From positions 19,028 through 83,027 of the forward strand of contig JBMORM010000010.1 of NCBI GenBank assembly GCA_049322675.1: DNA of 64,000 bases, in the 5' to 3' direction. The translations under genes were made by a program, and so were the position numbers. This DNA comes from Patescibacteria group bacterium. GTDB lineage: Bacteria > Patescibacteriota > JAHJAL01. Of the stretch, positions 18,876 to 28,700 are shown in pieces; position 1 is the first letter of the stretch, and each line of letters begins with the position of its first letter. The notes beneath the pieces were generated by a model. That model was not told where the DNA came from. It worked only from the letters and a program-made list of their open reading frames with translations, and did no database searches.

Positions 18876-18968
18876 CAAATTTCCAATTCTCAATTTTCAA
18901 TTTCCAAACGATATTTTGTTGGGATATTAGGAAAAGATATTAAACAAATTTTTGGAATTGAAAATTAG
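18876..18968. repeat. AATTTCCAA/TTGGAAATT heptad-repeat dyad element (family 2)
   Basis: tttccaattctcaattttcaatttccaaacgatattttgttgggatattaggaaaa...tttttggaattgaaaatt gives a left arm of TTCCAA-type heptads, a central (A)TTTGTTGG, and a right arm of GGAAAT-type heptads. Confidence 0.7.
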
Positions 18969-18990
18969 TTATTGTATTTCAAATCAAGGC

Positions 18991-19116
18991 GTCATTCTGG
19001 AGCCGAAAGCGTATTCGCGCTTCGACATCCAGAATCCAGAAAGAAAAGAATAAAATATAGAAATGGATCCTGGATATTGAAGCGCCCAGTAGGGCTTTCA
19101 GTTCCAGGATGACACA
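18991..19116. mobile_element. MITE-like double-hairpin element (core copy)
   Basis: gtcattctggagccgaaagcgtattcgcgcttcgacatccagaatccagaaag...ggatcctggatattgaagcgcccagtagggctttcagttccaggatgacac. Its ends are inverted repeats of each other (GTCATTCTGGA / TCCAGGATGAC). Confidence 0.8.
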
Positions 19117-19167
19117 GAAAGAGTTATTAAACATTGAAAATTTAATGAAATTTGGTAGTTTCCAGTA

Positions 19168-19806
19168 GTGACTAGCTCCGTGAGTGGGGAAGTTGAAAAT
19201 TATTTTGACTGTAATATTATTGATCAATCTTCGTTAATATCTATGGATGAAAGTAATCAAATAGATTTACAAATGGAGCAGGAATTGGTGGAAAGAGCCA
19301 AGACGGACGATTTGGCTTTTGAGCAATTGTACAATCTGTATTTTCCGAAAATATATGGGTTTGTTTACAAGCGGGTTGGCCAAAAACAGATTTGCGAAGA
19401 TATAGTATCGGAAGTGTTTATGAAAGTTTTTACCAACCTCAAGGATTATCGGGATCAAGGGATGTCTTTTGGTTGTTGGGTTTACAAGATTGCGACCAAC
19501 AAATTGATTGATTACTATCGAAGCGGTAAAAAGCAAATGGTGGTGGGAGTGGAAATGATGGAAAATATCGGGTCGAAAGAAAACATTGGGGAGCAAACAG
19601 CCAACAAGATGGAAGTGGAGGAGATTCAAACAGTTATTTCCACTCTTGCCGAAAATTATCAACAGATTATAAATTTAAAATTTTTTGCGGAACTAAGCAA
19701 TCAGGAGATCGCGAAGATTTTGAAAATTTCGGAGAATAATGCTGGGGTAATTATTTTTAGGGCGTTGAAGAAGTTTAGGGAGGAATACGGGAAAAAGAAT
19801 TTATAA
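19168..19806 (+). CDS. ECF-type RNA polymerase sigma-70 family factor
   Basis: Region 2 (VERAKTDDLAFEQLYNLYFPKIYGFVYKRVG..EDIVSEVFMKVFTNLKDY..FGCWVYKIATNKLIDYYR) and region 4 (INLKFFAELSNQEIAKILKISENNAGVIIFRALKKFRE). The true start may be the internal Met at 19243 or 19273. Confidence 0.85.
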   Translation: MTSSVSGEVENYFDCNIIDQSSLISMDESNQIDLQMEQELVERAKTDDLAFEQLYNLYFPKIYGFVYKRVGQKQICEDIVSEVFMKVFTNLKDYRDQGMSFGCWVYKIATNKLIDYYRSGKKQMVVGVEMMENIGSKENIGEQTANKMEVEEIQTVISTLAENYQQIINLKFFAELSNQEIAKILKISENNAGVIIFRALKKFREEYGKKNL

Positions 19807-19830
19807 TTTTCAATTTTCAATAAAGAAGAT

Positions 19831-19951
19831 GTCATTCTGGAGCCGAAAGTGTAATCACGTTTCGACATCCAGAATCCAGAAAGAAAAAATTATTGAAATG
19901 GATCCTGGATATCGAAGTGCCCATTAGGGCTTTCGGTTCCAGGATGACACA
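19831..19951. mobile_element. MITE-like double-hairpin element (core copy)
   Basis: gtcattctggagccgaaagtgtaatcacgtttcgacatccagaatccagaaag...ggatcctggatatcgaagtgcccattagggctttcggttccaggatgacac. Confidence 0.8.
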
Positions 19952-20003
19952 AAGACAAGGAAGTATTGAAAATTGAAAATTATAAATTGAAAATTTAATA
20001 AAC

Positions 20004-23000
20004 ATGGAAAATGATTTCAATAAAAAACTAGAAGAGGCGATCAAAACAGGCGTGTTTGATCAAATCGAGTGTAATAATGACGAAGAAAGATCGTTACTTA
20101 AAGCAGGAAAGAAAATTTATCAGGCTAAATTTAAAGCAATTCCTGCTGATAACGGTTTTAAAAATGTTCTTTTTGACAGATTAAAACAGGCGCGGCAGGG
20201 AGAAGGAAAAACAATGGAAAAAGAAATGGTCAAAGGGCAACAATTTGATTGGTGGGCGTTTTTGACTCAAAGAAAATGGGCGGTGGGAATTGCCTCGTTT
20301 TTGCTGGTGGCAATAGTCGCTTCATTGTTGTATTGGCTGCCAGGGACCAAGCAGACGACCGGTGGGATTTTGATCCCACGGGCCCAGGCGGATGAAATGT
20401 TTACTTTCAAACCGACAAAAGCGGACAGTATCGGGATTGACGAAGAAAGTGATTTTTCTCTGGTAAGTCAGATTGATTTAAAATTGGCAGATGTTGAAAA
20501 GTATTTGGAAGTAGATCCGGCATTTAAATATAGTGTTAAGGAAATTTCCGCACGGGAATTTTTGATTGATAGCCAGGAGAAACTAAATCCAAAACAGATT
20601 TACAAATTTAAATTGAAAACAACGACTCAGGACGCGAACGTTTTGGAAAGCCGCGATTTTGATTGGGCATATCAGATCAAGGACGAATTTAGAATTACCG
20701 GAACCATACCTGGCGATAAAAGTGATGCTGTGCCACTGGATAGCGGAATTGAAATAAATTTTAATCAGGAGAATTTTGTTAATTTCGATCAGTCAATCGA
20801 AATCAGTCCTGCCATACCGGGTCGATTGGAAAAGCATTATAAAACTTTGGTATTTGTGCCGACGGAAAACTTGCAGGCTTCAACTTTGTACCAAGTAAAA
20901 GTCAGTAAGTCGATTGTTTTGGATGGAAGTGATAAAAAATTGGCCGAGGATTATACTTTTGCTTTTGAAACTTCCACCGATACTACAAAAGATGGATATT
21001 TTGAAATAGAGGATGAGGTTGGGCAATATGGTCCGGAGGAAGTGCCGGGGGTCAAGATGTGGGTCAATATTTTTGACTCAGACGAGAATAAAGATGTGGC
21101 GACCAAGTTATTTCGTTTGGAATCGCAGGATCAGTTTTTGGATTTGTTGAACAAACGAAACGAAATTCCGTTGTGGGCAAGTCAAGCGCGTAATCGCGCG
21201 CAGGTGGATGTGACCGGTTTGAATAAAGTTGGTGAATATAATTTGCCGATTCATCGTTTGGATTACAATCAGTATATTTTGTTTCCGGATAAATTGCCTA
21301 TCGGATATTATTTGGCGCAATTTACAGTCAAAGGACAAACTAGACAATCTTTTATTCAAATCAGTAATTTGACCGCATATACTTCGATCAGTAAAACAAA
21401 TAGTTTGGTGAGAATATATAGTTTGGCGGGACAGAAACCAGCAGCGGGTACGGTTTTAACTATGTATCAAGGCGAACTGGAAGAACAAACAAATGATGAG
21501 GGAATTGCCTTTTTTGCGACACCGGAAGTTTTGTTGACGATATCGGAAAAAAGTCGATTTTTGCTGGCGACCGGAGCGGACGGAGAATTGGTAATTCCGA
21601 TAAAGAACTACGAGCGTGGCCAGATTTTTGATACGGATACGTCGGAGAATGATAATTTTTGGCGATATGTTTTTCTCGATCGCAGCGTTTATCACCCGAC
21701 AGACACAATCAAATTTTGGGGAATGATAAAACCTCGTGATGCAAATACCGCTAAGGTCAGTAAAGTATCGGTCGGAGTAGAGATGTTTTATCCGCGAACA
21801 GATGTTTTCGGAACAGTAGAAGTTGATTTGAATGAAGATGGTATATTTAGCGGAGAATATCAATTGAAGAATATGCCGACCAGTTCTTTGAATTTTACAA
21901 TCAGGGGTGAAAATGATGAATTGTTGCTCACTTCGTATTTGAATATCGAAGATTATATCAAGCCGGCTTATAGGATTGAATTGTTGCCGGATAAAAAAGC
22001 AGTAGTGCAAGGAGAGACGGTAAATGTTCGGGTAAAGGCGAAATACTTTGACGGAACACCGGTCGCCAATTTGGATCTGGATTATCAAGGTTTGACCATC
22101 AAAACCGATCAAGTGGGAGAAACAAATTTTACAGTTGAGACCACTGATAAAGCCAATTGTTCCGATTATAACTGCTGGTCAAGTTCGAGCACGATTGAAG
22201 TAAAACCATTGCGGGCGGAAGAAGGAGAGATTGTCGGAGTGACATCTGTGGACGTTTTTCCGGCCAAAGAAATGGTGAAGATATCGGGTAAGTATGATGA
22301 GGAAAATGGACAGATTGCTTGGAAAATAAATGTTAATGAAGTCGGTTTTGAGCGATTGAATCTGGGTGAAAAAAATTATTACGATGATTATATCGGACAG
22401 AAATTACCTAATCATGAAATACAAGTTCAGATTTATGAAAACTGGTGGGAGAAGACCGAAACAGGAGAAGAGGAATATGATTTTATCAACAAAGTGACCA
22501 GAAAAAAATATAGTTATTCGAGAGAAGAAAAATTGATCAAAGAATTTGGGGAAAAAACAGACGAAAATGGAGAGTATGATTATGTATTAAATAATTTGAC
22601 GGCCGGTAAAGATTACACTATGCGGGCAAGCATAGTGGATCCGGACGGAAGACAATATTTCAATCGAGCCACGATTTATTTTGATGGAGGGAACTATCAA
22701 AGCATTTTTATTGATTCCTATGGTTTTAGAAAAGACGAAAATGAAGATGTCAAAACATTTAAATTGGGCGAGAAAGTCAATTTGACCATGGTAAAAAATA
22801 GTTTTGACTCTATACCGGACAAAACGGGAAGTTATATTTTTTATCAGGCACAAAACGGAATCACTGAATATCAGGTTGGTGATAGTTCAAAATATGAATT
22901 TACTTTTGAAGAAAAGCATATTCCCAATGTCAATGTGATCGGAGTTTATTTTGACGGGGCACGTTTTTATCACACCAAAAAAGTATGGAATGATATGACT

Positions 23001-25571
23001 ATATTCTTCGATTATGAGCAGCGCCGATTGCAGCTTGAGGTAAAAGCAGAAAAGGAACAATACGAGCCGGGTGATGAGGCGACGGTAAAAATTGAGGTAA
23101 AGGACGAAAATGGCCAGCCAACTCAAGCACATGGCAATATCTCTTTGGTGGATGAGGCGTATTTTGATTTGTTCAATCGGGAACCTGTGGATACCCTGGC
23201 TTTGTTGTACTCAAAAGTGGAAGACGGTATATTCTTTAGCGAGACTTCCAATAAACCGTTGACGAAAATGATTTTCCAAGGTGGATGTTTTACCGCCGGG
23301 ACAAAAATATTGATGGCCGATGGAACCACCAAGGCGATCGAAGATATTCGTTTGGGCGATTTGGTATCAACTTTTGTTAATGAACATTCCAATATCAAGA
23401 TGACGGACAAGGTAACAAAAATTTTCAACGAAATTTCCGGTGGATATTTGGTGATCAACGATCGGCTCAATGTCACCTCCCACCATCGACTTTTGGTTAA
23501 TAATAAATGGATGACAGCGGGCGAGATAAAAGTAGGCGATTATTTGCGGGATCAAGACGGTGAGTTGGTCAAAGTGGAAAAAATCGAAACAAAAAGTGGC
23601 CGATTCACGGTGTACAACTTTACCACGGAGGCAACTCATACATATATCGCTGACGGAATATATGTCCACAACAGCAAAGGTGGAGGGAGGGAAAGTTTTG
23701 AAGATACCGCCTTTTTCTCTTCATGGAAAACTGATCGAAACGGGAAAGCCACCGTCAAGTTTACTTTGCCGGATAATATCACCAGTTGGAGAATTACCAC
23801 TCAGGGAATTTCGTCCACATTGAGAGCCGGTAGTGGCACCAACAAATTGGTAGTGACTCAACCAATATTTTTGGACATGTCTTTGAATACAAGTTATGTC
23901 AATACAGACAAGCCGATTGTTCCTATCCGAGTCTATGGAGAAAATATGACGGCGGACGACGAGGTGGAAATTACTGTCGAATCAAAAACTTTGAAAACAA
24001 AAGAAAAGTTGCACGGCAAAGCATTTACGACAATCGAATGGTTGATGCCGGAATTGAAGGTGGGGGAACAGGAAATTATCGTGACAGCAAAAGCCAAAGG
24101 ACTGACCGATAGTGTCAAGCGTTCATTTGTGGTAAAAGATACACGATTGACCAAACAGATGAGTCAGAGCGTGAAATTGACAGCGGATTTGAAACCGAAA
24201 CAACAGTCAGAAAATGGCCGGGTGGAGTGGAAGTTTTTTAACGGCGATATCGGATGGGCTTACGAAAATTTGCTCAATGCCAGTTGGCAGGATGGAGAGA
24301 GAATTGATCAAAAGCTGGCGCCGGTAGTGGCAGAAAAATATTTGCAAGAAAGTTTTGGTCTCGGATCGGGCGCGCAAAAAGTTGACGAAATAGCCAAATA
24401 TCAACGAGAAGATGGCGGATGGTCATTGCTTCCCTACTCTGACAGCGATTTGAAATTGTCGGCACTGACGGCAGGAATCGTCCCGGCTGAATGGCAAAAT
24501 GTTACCGAAGCCAAAAAATATTTTAACAATATTTTGGATAATAAAAAAAGTAATACCACTGAGATAGCCATGGCTTTGTATGGTTTAACAAATCTGGATG
24601 AACCGGTTTTGAATCAAATCAATCAGATTTTGAAATGGCCGGAACTGAAGCCAATTGATCAAATCTATTTGGGATTGGCGGCGGAAAAATCGGGCGCCAA
24701 AGAATTGGGAAGAAATATATTGCATGATGTTTTGCAAAAAAATGCGAAAACTAGCGGTGACAATATGTTTATTCCACAATCAGACCAATCGGCTCAAGAC
24801 GAGATCACCAGTCTGGCGGCAATCTTGGCCAATGCCACCGAAATGGACGAAAAGGAAAGCCTGATGAATTATCTGCGAGAGGGTCGGGATGGTGACAATT
24901 TGTATCTTTGGGAAAAAATGATCATCACCAAGAATATTTTGGATAGAAACAATGACCTAGATAGCGAATTTACTTATACTGTGGCAGGAAAAAACAAAAA
25001 AATAAGCCTAAAAAATAACGAGGAATTTGCTCTGAGTTTGACCAATGAGGAAAATAGCAGTTTGGCCTTTTCTCAAATCAAAGGGAAAATAACAGCAGTA
25101 GCGACATGGGAAGAGAAAGCAATAGATACAACAACCGACAAAAATCTGAAAATCAGCCGGGAATACTGGGTCAACGACCAGAAAGTAGATGTCGTCAGAG
25201 AAAATGATTTGGTTGAAGTGCGCATATTTCCTCAAATCAGTGAAGAAGCTCCATCTGACGCTTATCAGATTACCGATCTTTTACCTAGTGGATTAAAACC
25301 AATTACCAGAACATATACGCCATATTGGGGGAACAATGGAGGAAATTGGAAATGCAATGTGTACTTCCCGTCGGATATTAGCGGACAAAAGTTGAGTTTT
25401 ATCGTTTATAAAAACTTAATGCACTCCGGCTGTGAGGGTGGATATATCAGTTATTTTGCCCGGGTAAGCAACAAGGGCGATTTTACCCGCGAATCGGTAA
25501 CGATCAATCAAGTTGACGAGCCAACGTTCCGTTTGACCAGCCAGGAAGACAAGAGATTGGTGATTGAATAA
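20004..25571 (+). CDS. Membrane-anchored alpha-2-macroglobulin (A2M)-family protein with an inserted Hint/intein-like domain; short N-terminal cytoplasmic segment + single TM (anti-sigma-like placement)
   Basis: 1855 aa. The TM helix is WAVGIASFLLVAIVASLLYWL, around aa 92-112. Big/SbsA-Ig-like N-terminal domains are present. The bacterial A2M macroglobulin-domain motif is RESFEDTAFFSSWKTDRNGKATVKFTLPDNITSWRITTQG (compare YfhM/ECAM ..F.ETAFF.P...TD..G...V.F.LPDNLT.WR). The thioester-domain region is FGLGSGAQKV...KYQREDGGWSLLPY, with the CxEQ site degenerated to GSGAQ. A C-terminal receptor-binding-like domain follows. Confidence 0.8.
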   Translation: MENDFNKKLEEAIKTGVFDQIECNNDEERSLLKAGKKIYQAKFKAIPADNGFKNVLFDRLKQARQGEGKTMEKEMVKGQQFDWWAFLTQRKWAVGIASFLLVAIVASLLYWLPGTKQTTGGILIPRAQADEMFTFKPTKADSIGIDEESDFSLVSQIDLKLADVEKYLEVDPAFKYSVKEISAREFLIDSQEKLNPKQIYKFKLKTTTQDANVLESRDFDWAYQIKDEFRITGTIPGDKSDAVPLDSGIEINFNQENFVNFDQSIEISPAIPGRLEKHYKTLVFVPTENLQASTLYQVKVSKSIVLDGSDKKLAEDYTFAFETSTDTTKDGYFEIEDEVGQYGPEEVPGVKMWVNIFDSDENKDVATKLFRLESQDQFLDLLNKRNEIPLWASQARNRAQVDVTGLNKVGEYNLPIHRLDYNQYILFPDKLPIGYYLAQFTVKGQTRQSFIQISNLTAYTSISKTNSLVRIYSLAGQKPAAGTVLTMYQGELEEQTNDEGIAFFATPEVLLTISEKSRFLLATGADGELVIPIKNYERGQIFDTDTSENDNFWRYVFLDRSVYHPTDTIKFWGMIKPRDANTAKVSKVSVGVEMFYPRTDVFGTVEVDLNEDGIFSGEYQLKNMPTSSLNFTIRGENDELLLTSYLNIEDYIKPAYRIELLPDKKAVVQGETVNVRVKAKYFDGTPVANLDLDYQGLTIKTDQVGETNFTVETTDKANCSDYNCWSSSSTIEVKPLRAEEGEIVGVTSVDVFPAKEMVKISGKYDEENGQIAWKINVNEVGFERLNLGEKNYYDDYIGQKLPNHEIQVQIYENWWEKTETGEEEYDFINKVTRKKYSYSREEKLIKEFGEKTDENGEYDYVLNNLTAGKDYTMRASIVDPDGRQYFNRATIYFDGGNYQSIFIDSYGFRKDENEDVKTFKLGEKVNLTMVKNSFDSIPDKTGSYIFYQAQNGITEYQVGDSSKYEFTFEEKHIPNVNVIGVYFDGARFYHTKKVWNDMTIFFDYEQRRLQLEVKAEKEQYEPGDEATVKIEVKDENGQPTQAHGNISLVDEAYFDLFNREPVDTLALLYSKVEDGIFFSETSNKPLTKMIFQGGCFTAGTKILMADGTTKAIEDIRLGDLVSTFVNEHSNIKMTDKVTKIFNEISGGYLVINDRLNVTSHHRLLVNNKWMTAGEIKVGDYLRDQDGELVKVEKIETKSGRFTVYNFTTEATHTYIADGIYVHNSKGGGRESFEDTAFFSSWKTDRNGKATVKFTLPDNITSWRITTQGISSTLRAGSGTNKLVVTQPIFLDMSLNTSYVNTDKPIVPIRVYGENMTADDEVEITVESKTLKTKEKLHGKAFTTIEWLMPELKVGEQEIIVTAKAKGLTDSVKRSFVVKDTRLTKQMSQSVKLTADLKPKQQSENGRVEWKFFNGDIGWAYENLLNASWQDGERIDQKLAPVVAEKYLQESFGLGSGAQKVDEIAKYQREDGGWSLLPYSDSDLKLSALTAGIVPAEWQNVTEAKKYFNNILDNKKSNTTEIAMALYGLTNLDEPVLNQINQILKWPELKPIDQIYLGLAAEKSGAKELGRNILHDVLQKNAKTSGDNMFIPQSDQSAQDEITSLAAILANATEMDEKESLMNYLREGRDGDNLYLWEKMIITKNILDRNNDLDSEFTYTVAGKNKKISLKNNEEFALSLTNEENSSLAFSQIKGKITAVATWEEKAIDTTTDKNLKISREYWVNDQKVDVVRENDLVEVRIFPQISEEAPSDAYQITDLLPSGLKPITRTYTPYWGNNGGNWKCNVYFPSDISGQKLSFIVYKNLMHSGCEGGYISYFARVSNKGDFTRESVTINQVDEPTFRLTSQEDKRLVIE
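23286..23672 (+). other. Hint-domain insertion (mini-intein or bacterial intein-like domain, 129 aa, no endonuclease) within the A2M-like ORF
   Basis: The segment starts with Cys (CFTAGTKILMADGTTKAIEDIRLGDLV...), ends with ...THTYIADGIYVHN, and is followed by Ser (+1). The flanks IFQGG | SKGGGRESFEDTAFF are continuous host sequence leading into the conserved A2M motif. Confidence 0.75.
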
Positions 25572-25595
25572 AGTTTGGGTTATATTTCAATTTTC

Positions 25596-25624
25596 GTAGA
25601 GGCGGTTCATGAACCGCCTCTACA
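25596..25624. repeat. REP-like palindrome (single unit)
   Basis: gtagaggcggttcatgaaccgcctctaca is a perfect hairpin, nearly identical to the copy at 52845. Confidence 0.85.
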
Positions 25625-25705
25625 TATTTTGTGGTTATTTTTCCTTGATTTTTACCTGATAATATGAGATAATATGGGGATTTGGAAAAATCTTAACCTT
25701 ATCAT

Positions 25706-28700
25706 ATGCCGGGAGAAAAACACCAGCAAATAAATCCAAAAAACGAAAGAATTGAAAAATATCTGAAACGATCAGTTGATCGAGGTGCATATCTGGACAA
25801 AAAGCAGGTGGTAGAGGCAGCAACAGATGTTTTCCAAAGGGAAAAGAAATTACAGGAAGATATTCTAAAATCTTATGAAGCGAAAGAGATTTCAGAATTT
25901 GATTATATCGTTTTAGCAAAAAGAGTATTTGAAGAATGTGATTCGGAACGAGGTTGGGAATTATTAAAAAATCTAAAAATTGAGAATATTGATCCAGTTA
26001 GTCTTTTTGGACATAAGGGAGTTGAGAAGCATCAATTGCTTTTCAATGAAATTGAAAGGCAAATTAAAGGTAAAATCTCGAAACTCAATTCGTTTTCAGA
26101 TAAAAAAGCAATTTTATTGAGAATAGAATATTTGAAAGCACTGGATAAGATTCAAAATAGATGCAGGGAAAATAAAAAAGAAGAATACCAATCCCTTGAT
26201 CAAATACCCTTTTCCACCAAGAAAGCACAAGAATTATATATCGAAATAAATAATCATTACTCTGAGTATCTTCGGTTAAAAAAACTGAAAGCTCTGGATT
26301 TTAAAGATTCGCGGTCGGCAGGAGTAACTTTGGCAGAAAGTACTTTGCAGGAATTTTTTACACCAGAGACTGAGCCACAAAAAGTAAATCATTCGGTGGG
26401 AGTAAATATAAATTCTGGTAAGAAAAGGGCTAAACAGTTGAGACTATTAAGAAGGATTCTTGATGAGACTTTAAACGATCCGGAGCAAAACTGGCGGGAG
26501 AAGCAACAGGAGTTTGCTCGGGAAGTGGCGATCGATGGGTTACAGAAGGAGATAAAAAGATCTTTGGAGAAAACCAATCCGGAAGCGAGATTGGAGTTTG
26601 ATGGGGAGAAAGGGGAATTTGTTGTGTATTCCAAAAAATCTACCGATGGCACTGACGCGTCGATTGCCGGCGAAAAAATAGAATTGATTCCAGAAAAAAT
26701 CACAGGATATATATTTTATAAGCGTAATTCCTCCAAGATTATTAGCGTTGGTAATAGTTTTGTGATTAATGAGGATGGCAAGCAAATTTATGGATTTGTT
26801 GACACAAAGCAACACGAAGAAAGGAATAATTATTATGGTTTTGGTTTTTTTCACAATGATGATTTGTGGATTCGAACAAATTCAGATCCAGAAATAGAAT
26901 TAGATGATAATAATATAATATATTTTGACAAAAATTACGCCAGAAGAGATAAAATTCTTTTTGGAAACAATCATCCTGATGGTGAAAAATATATATTTCT
27001 TGTACAGCATAATGGAGAACTAAAGAAAATTTTTGGGATTGATGTAGCTTGCTGCGACGAACCTTCATTTTTTGATAATGAGTTTGTTTTTACGGCAAAA
27101 ACTAAGGATGAAAAATGGCACATTGTAAAAGAAGATGGATCGAAAATAACGATTCCGAATAGTTTGATACCGATAAGCAAAATATACAAGCCAATCGACA
27201 AAATGGTGTTTGTCGCTCATGAACTGGACGAAAATGGTCAATCGACCGGAAGCGTTATTGTGGATACAGACGGAAACAAGATATCACAAAAACACGATTA
27301 TATAGATTTCAAAGGTGAATATATTTTTTCCGAGTATATTTATATCAAGAAAGGTGATCCCCAATTTAATCCGGACGGACCGGAGGAAATATGGGGAACG
27401 ACTAGCGGCAGATTAGCCGCGTCGGGTTCGTCAATTAAAAAAATCTGGGGGGTGCAGGACCGTTTGTATTGGGTCAATGGACAGAATGAATTTTTTACCA
27501 AATACACGGATATAAAAACCCACAAAGATGTAGTGGAGAAGCTTGGTCAGTATGACAGCAGCAAAATTGAGTTTATTACAAGAATGACAAAAGACGGAGC
27601 CAATGACCGGATAATATATCCAGATAATATTGGTTCGATTAAACCGGGGGCGGTAGGGTTGGATTTTATTGATTCAGAAGGCAAACGCCATATACTGGGC
27701 GGCGATCGACATTTTTGGAATGTTTTAAAAGTGGAGAGTATTCAAGAAAAATGTCTGGTAGTTCAAGAACACAAAGGAAAAATAACGGTGTATGTCGAAG
27801 GTATCGGTGATGTGGGCGGAGAATGGGACAAGATTTATTTTTTGAAAGAATATGAAAATCAACTGTTGATTTGCGGGCGGCGAGGAGACGAGATCGTTGA
27901 AGTGGCGGTTGATTTGGATAAAAAAGCGAAATTGACGCCAGAGGAAGCGACCAAATTGAAATTGCTCAATCTGTTAAAAAAGTATGATTGGTTGGCATAT
28001 GAGGAACGATCGGTGAGAAAAAATAAGTCAAACACCTATTCCAAATCAGGTAAAGAAAAATTGGCCGAAAAATCAGATAAACTGAAAAACGACCGGGAAG
28101 AATTGAAGAAAAAAATATTGGATTATTTTGAAAATGATTCAGTCCTGCGGGAAATTTGGCAGAAGTGGGATCCGGAAAAGGATTATCGATCACATTCGAA
28201 AAATTTTGCCGACAAAATAACCAAAATGGTACGAACCAGCCCGGAATTGTTTTTGGATTATTTCCGGGCAAAGAAAGATCGAAATGTGGAAAAATTGGCC
28301 AGAGAGATGGTGGATTTTGTTTTTAAAGAATATGAAGAAAAAATAGAAAACGAACCGGCCAAGAAAGATCATTGGGTAAAAGGTTTAGCCAAAAATATAA
28401 TCTCCACTTTGTTGGGAGAAAAAACCAGAGAACAAATTGGTAGCTGGTGGCAAAAAAATTCAAAAAAAAGTTTGAACAAGCCAAATTTGGCTGATTTTTT
28501 TCAAGACAGTGACAACATAAAAATATTGGGCGGAGATCCTGAGGAAAAGGGACCGGGTTTGGAAGTGATGAAATTTGGTCGGGAATACAAAGGTTTTATT
28601 TATGATCAAATATTGGGAAAATGCGATAACGGGAAAAATTGGAGTAAGATTGATTTTCCGGCAACATTTCTTCTCACCGAACCAACAAAAGAAACCACCG

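Noticed and set aside
20004-20340. Calling the N-terminus of the A2M-like protein a bona fide anti-sigma domain
   Set aside because: The position and topology fit (ECF sigma upstream, short cytoplasmic tail, single TM). There is no HxxxCxxC zinc-anti-sigma motif or other recognisable anti-sigma signature, and a MITE copy separates the two genes. It is kept as an inference inside a finding only.
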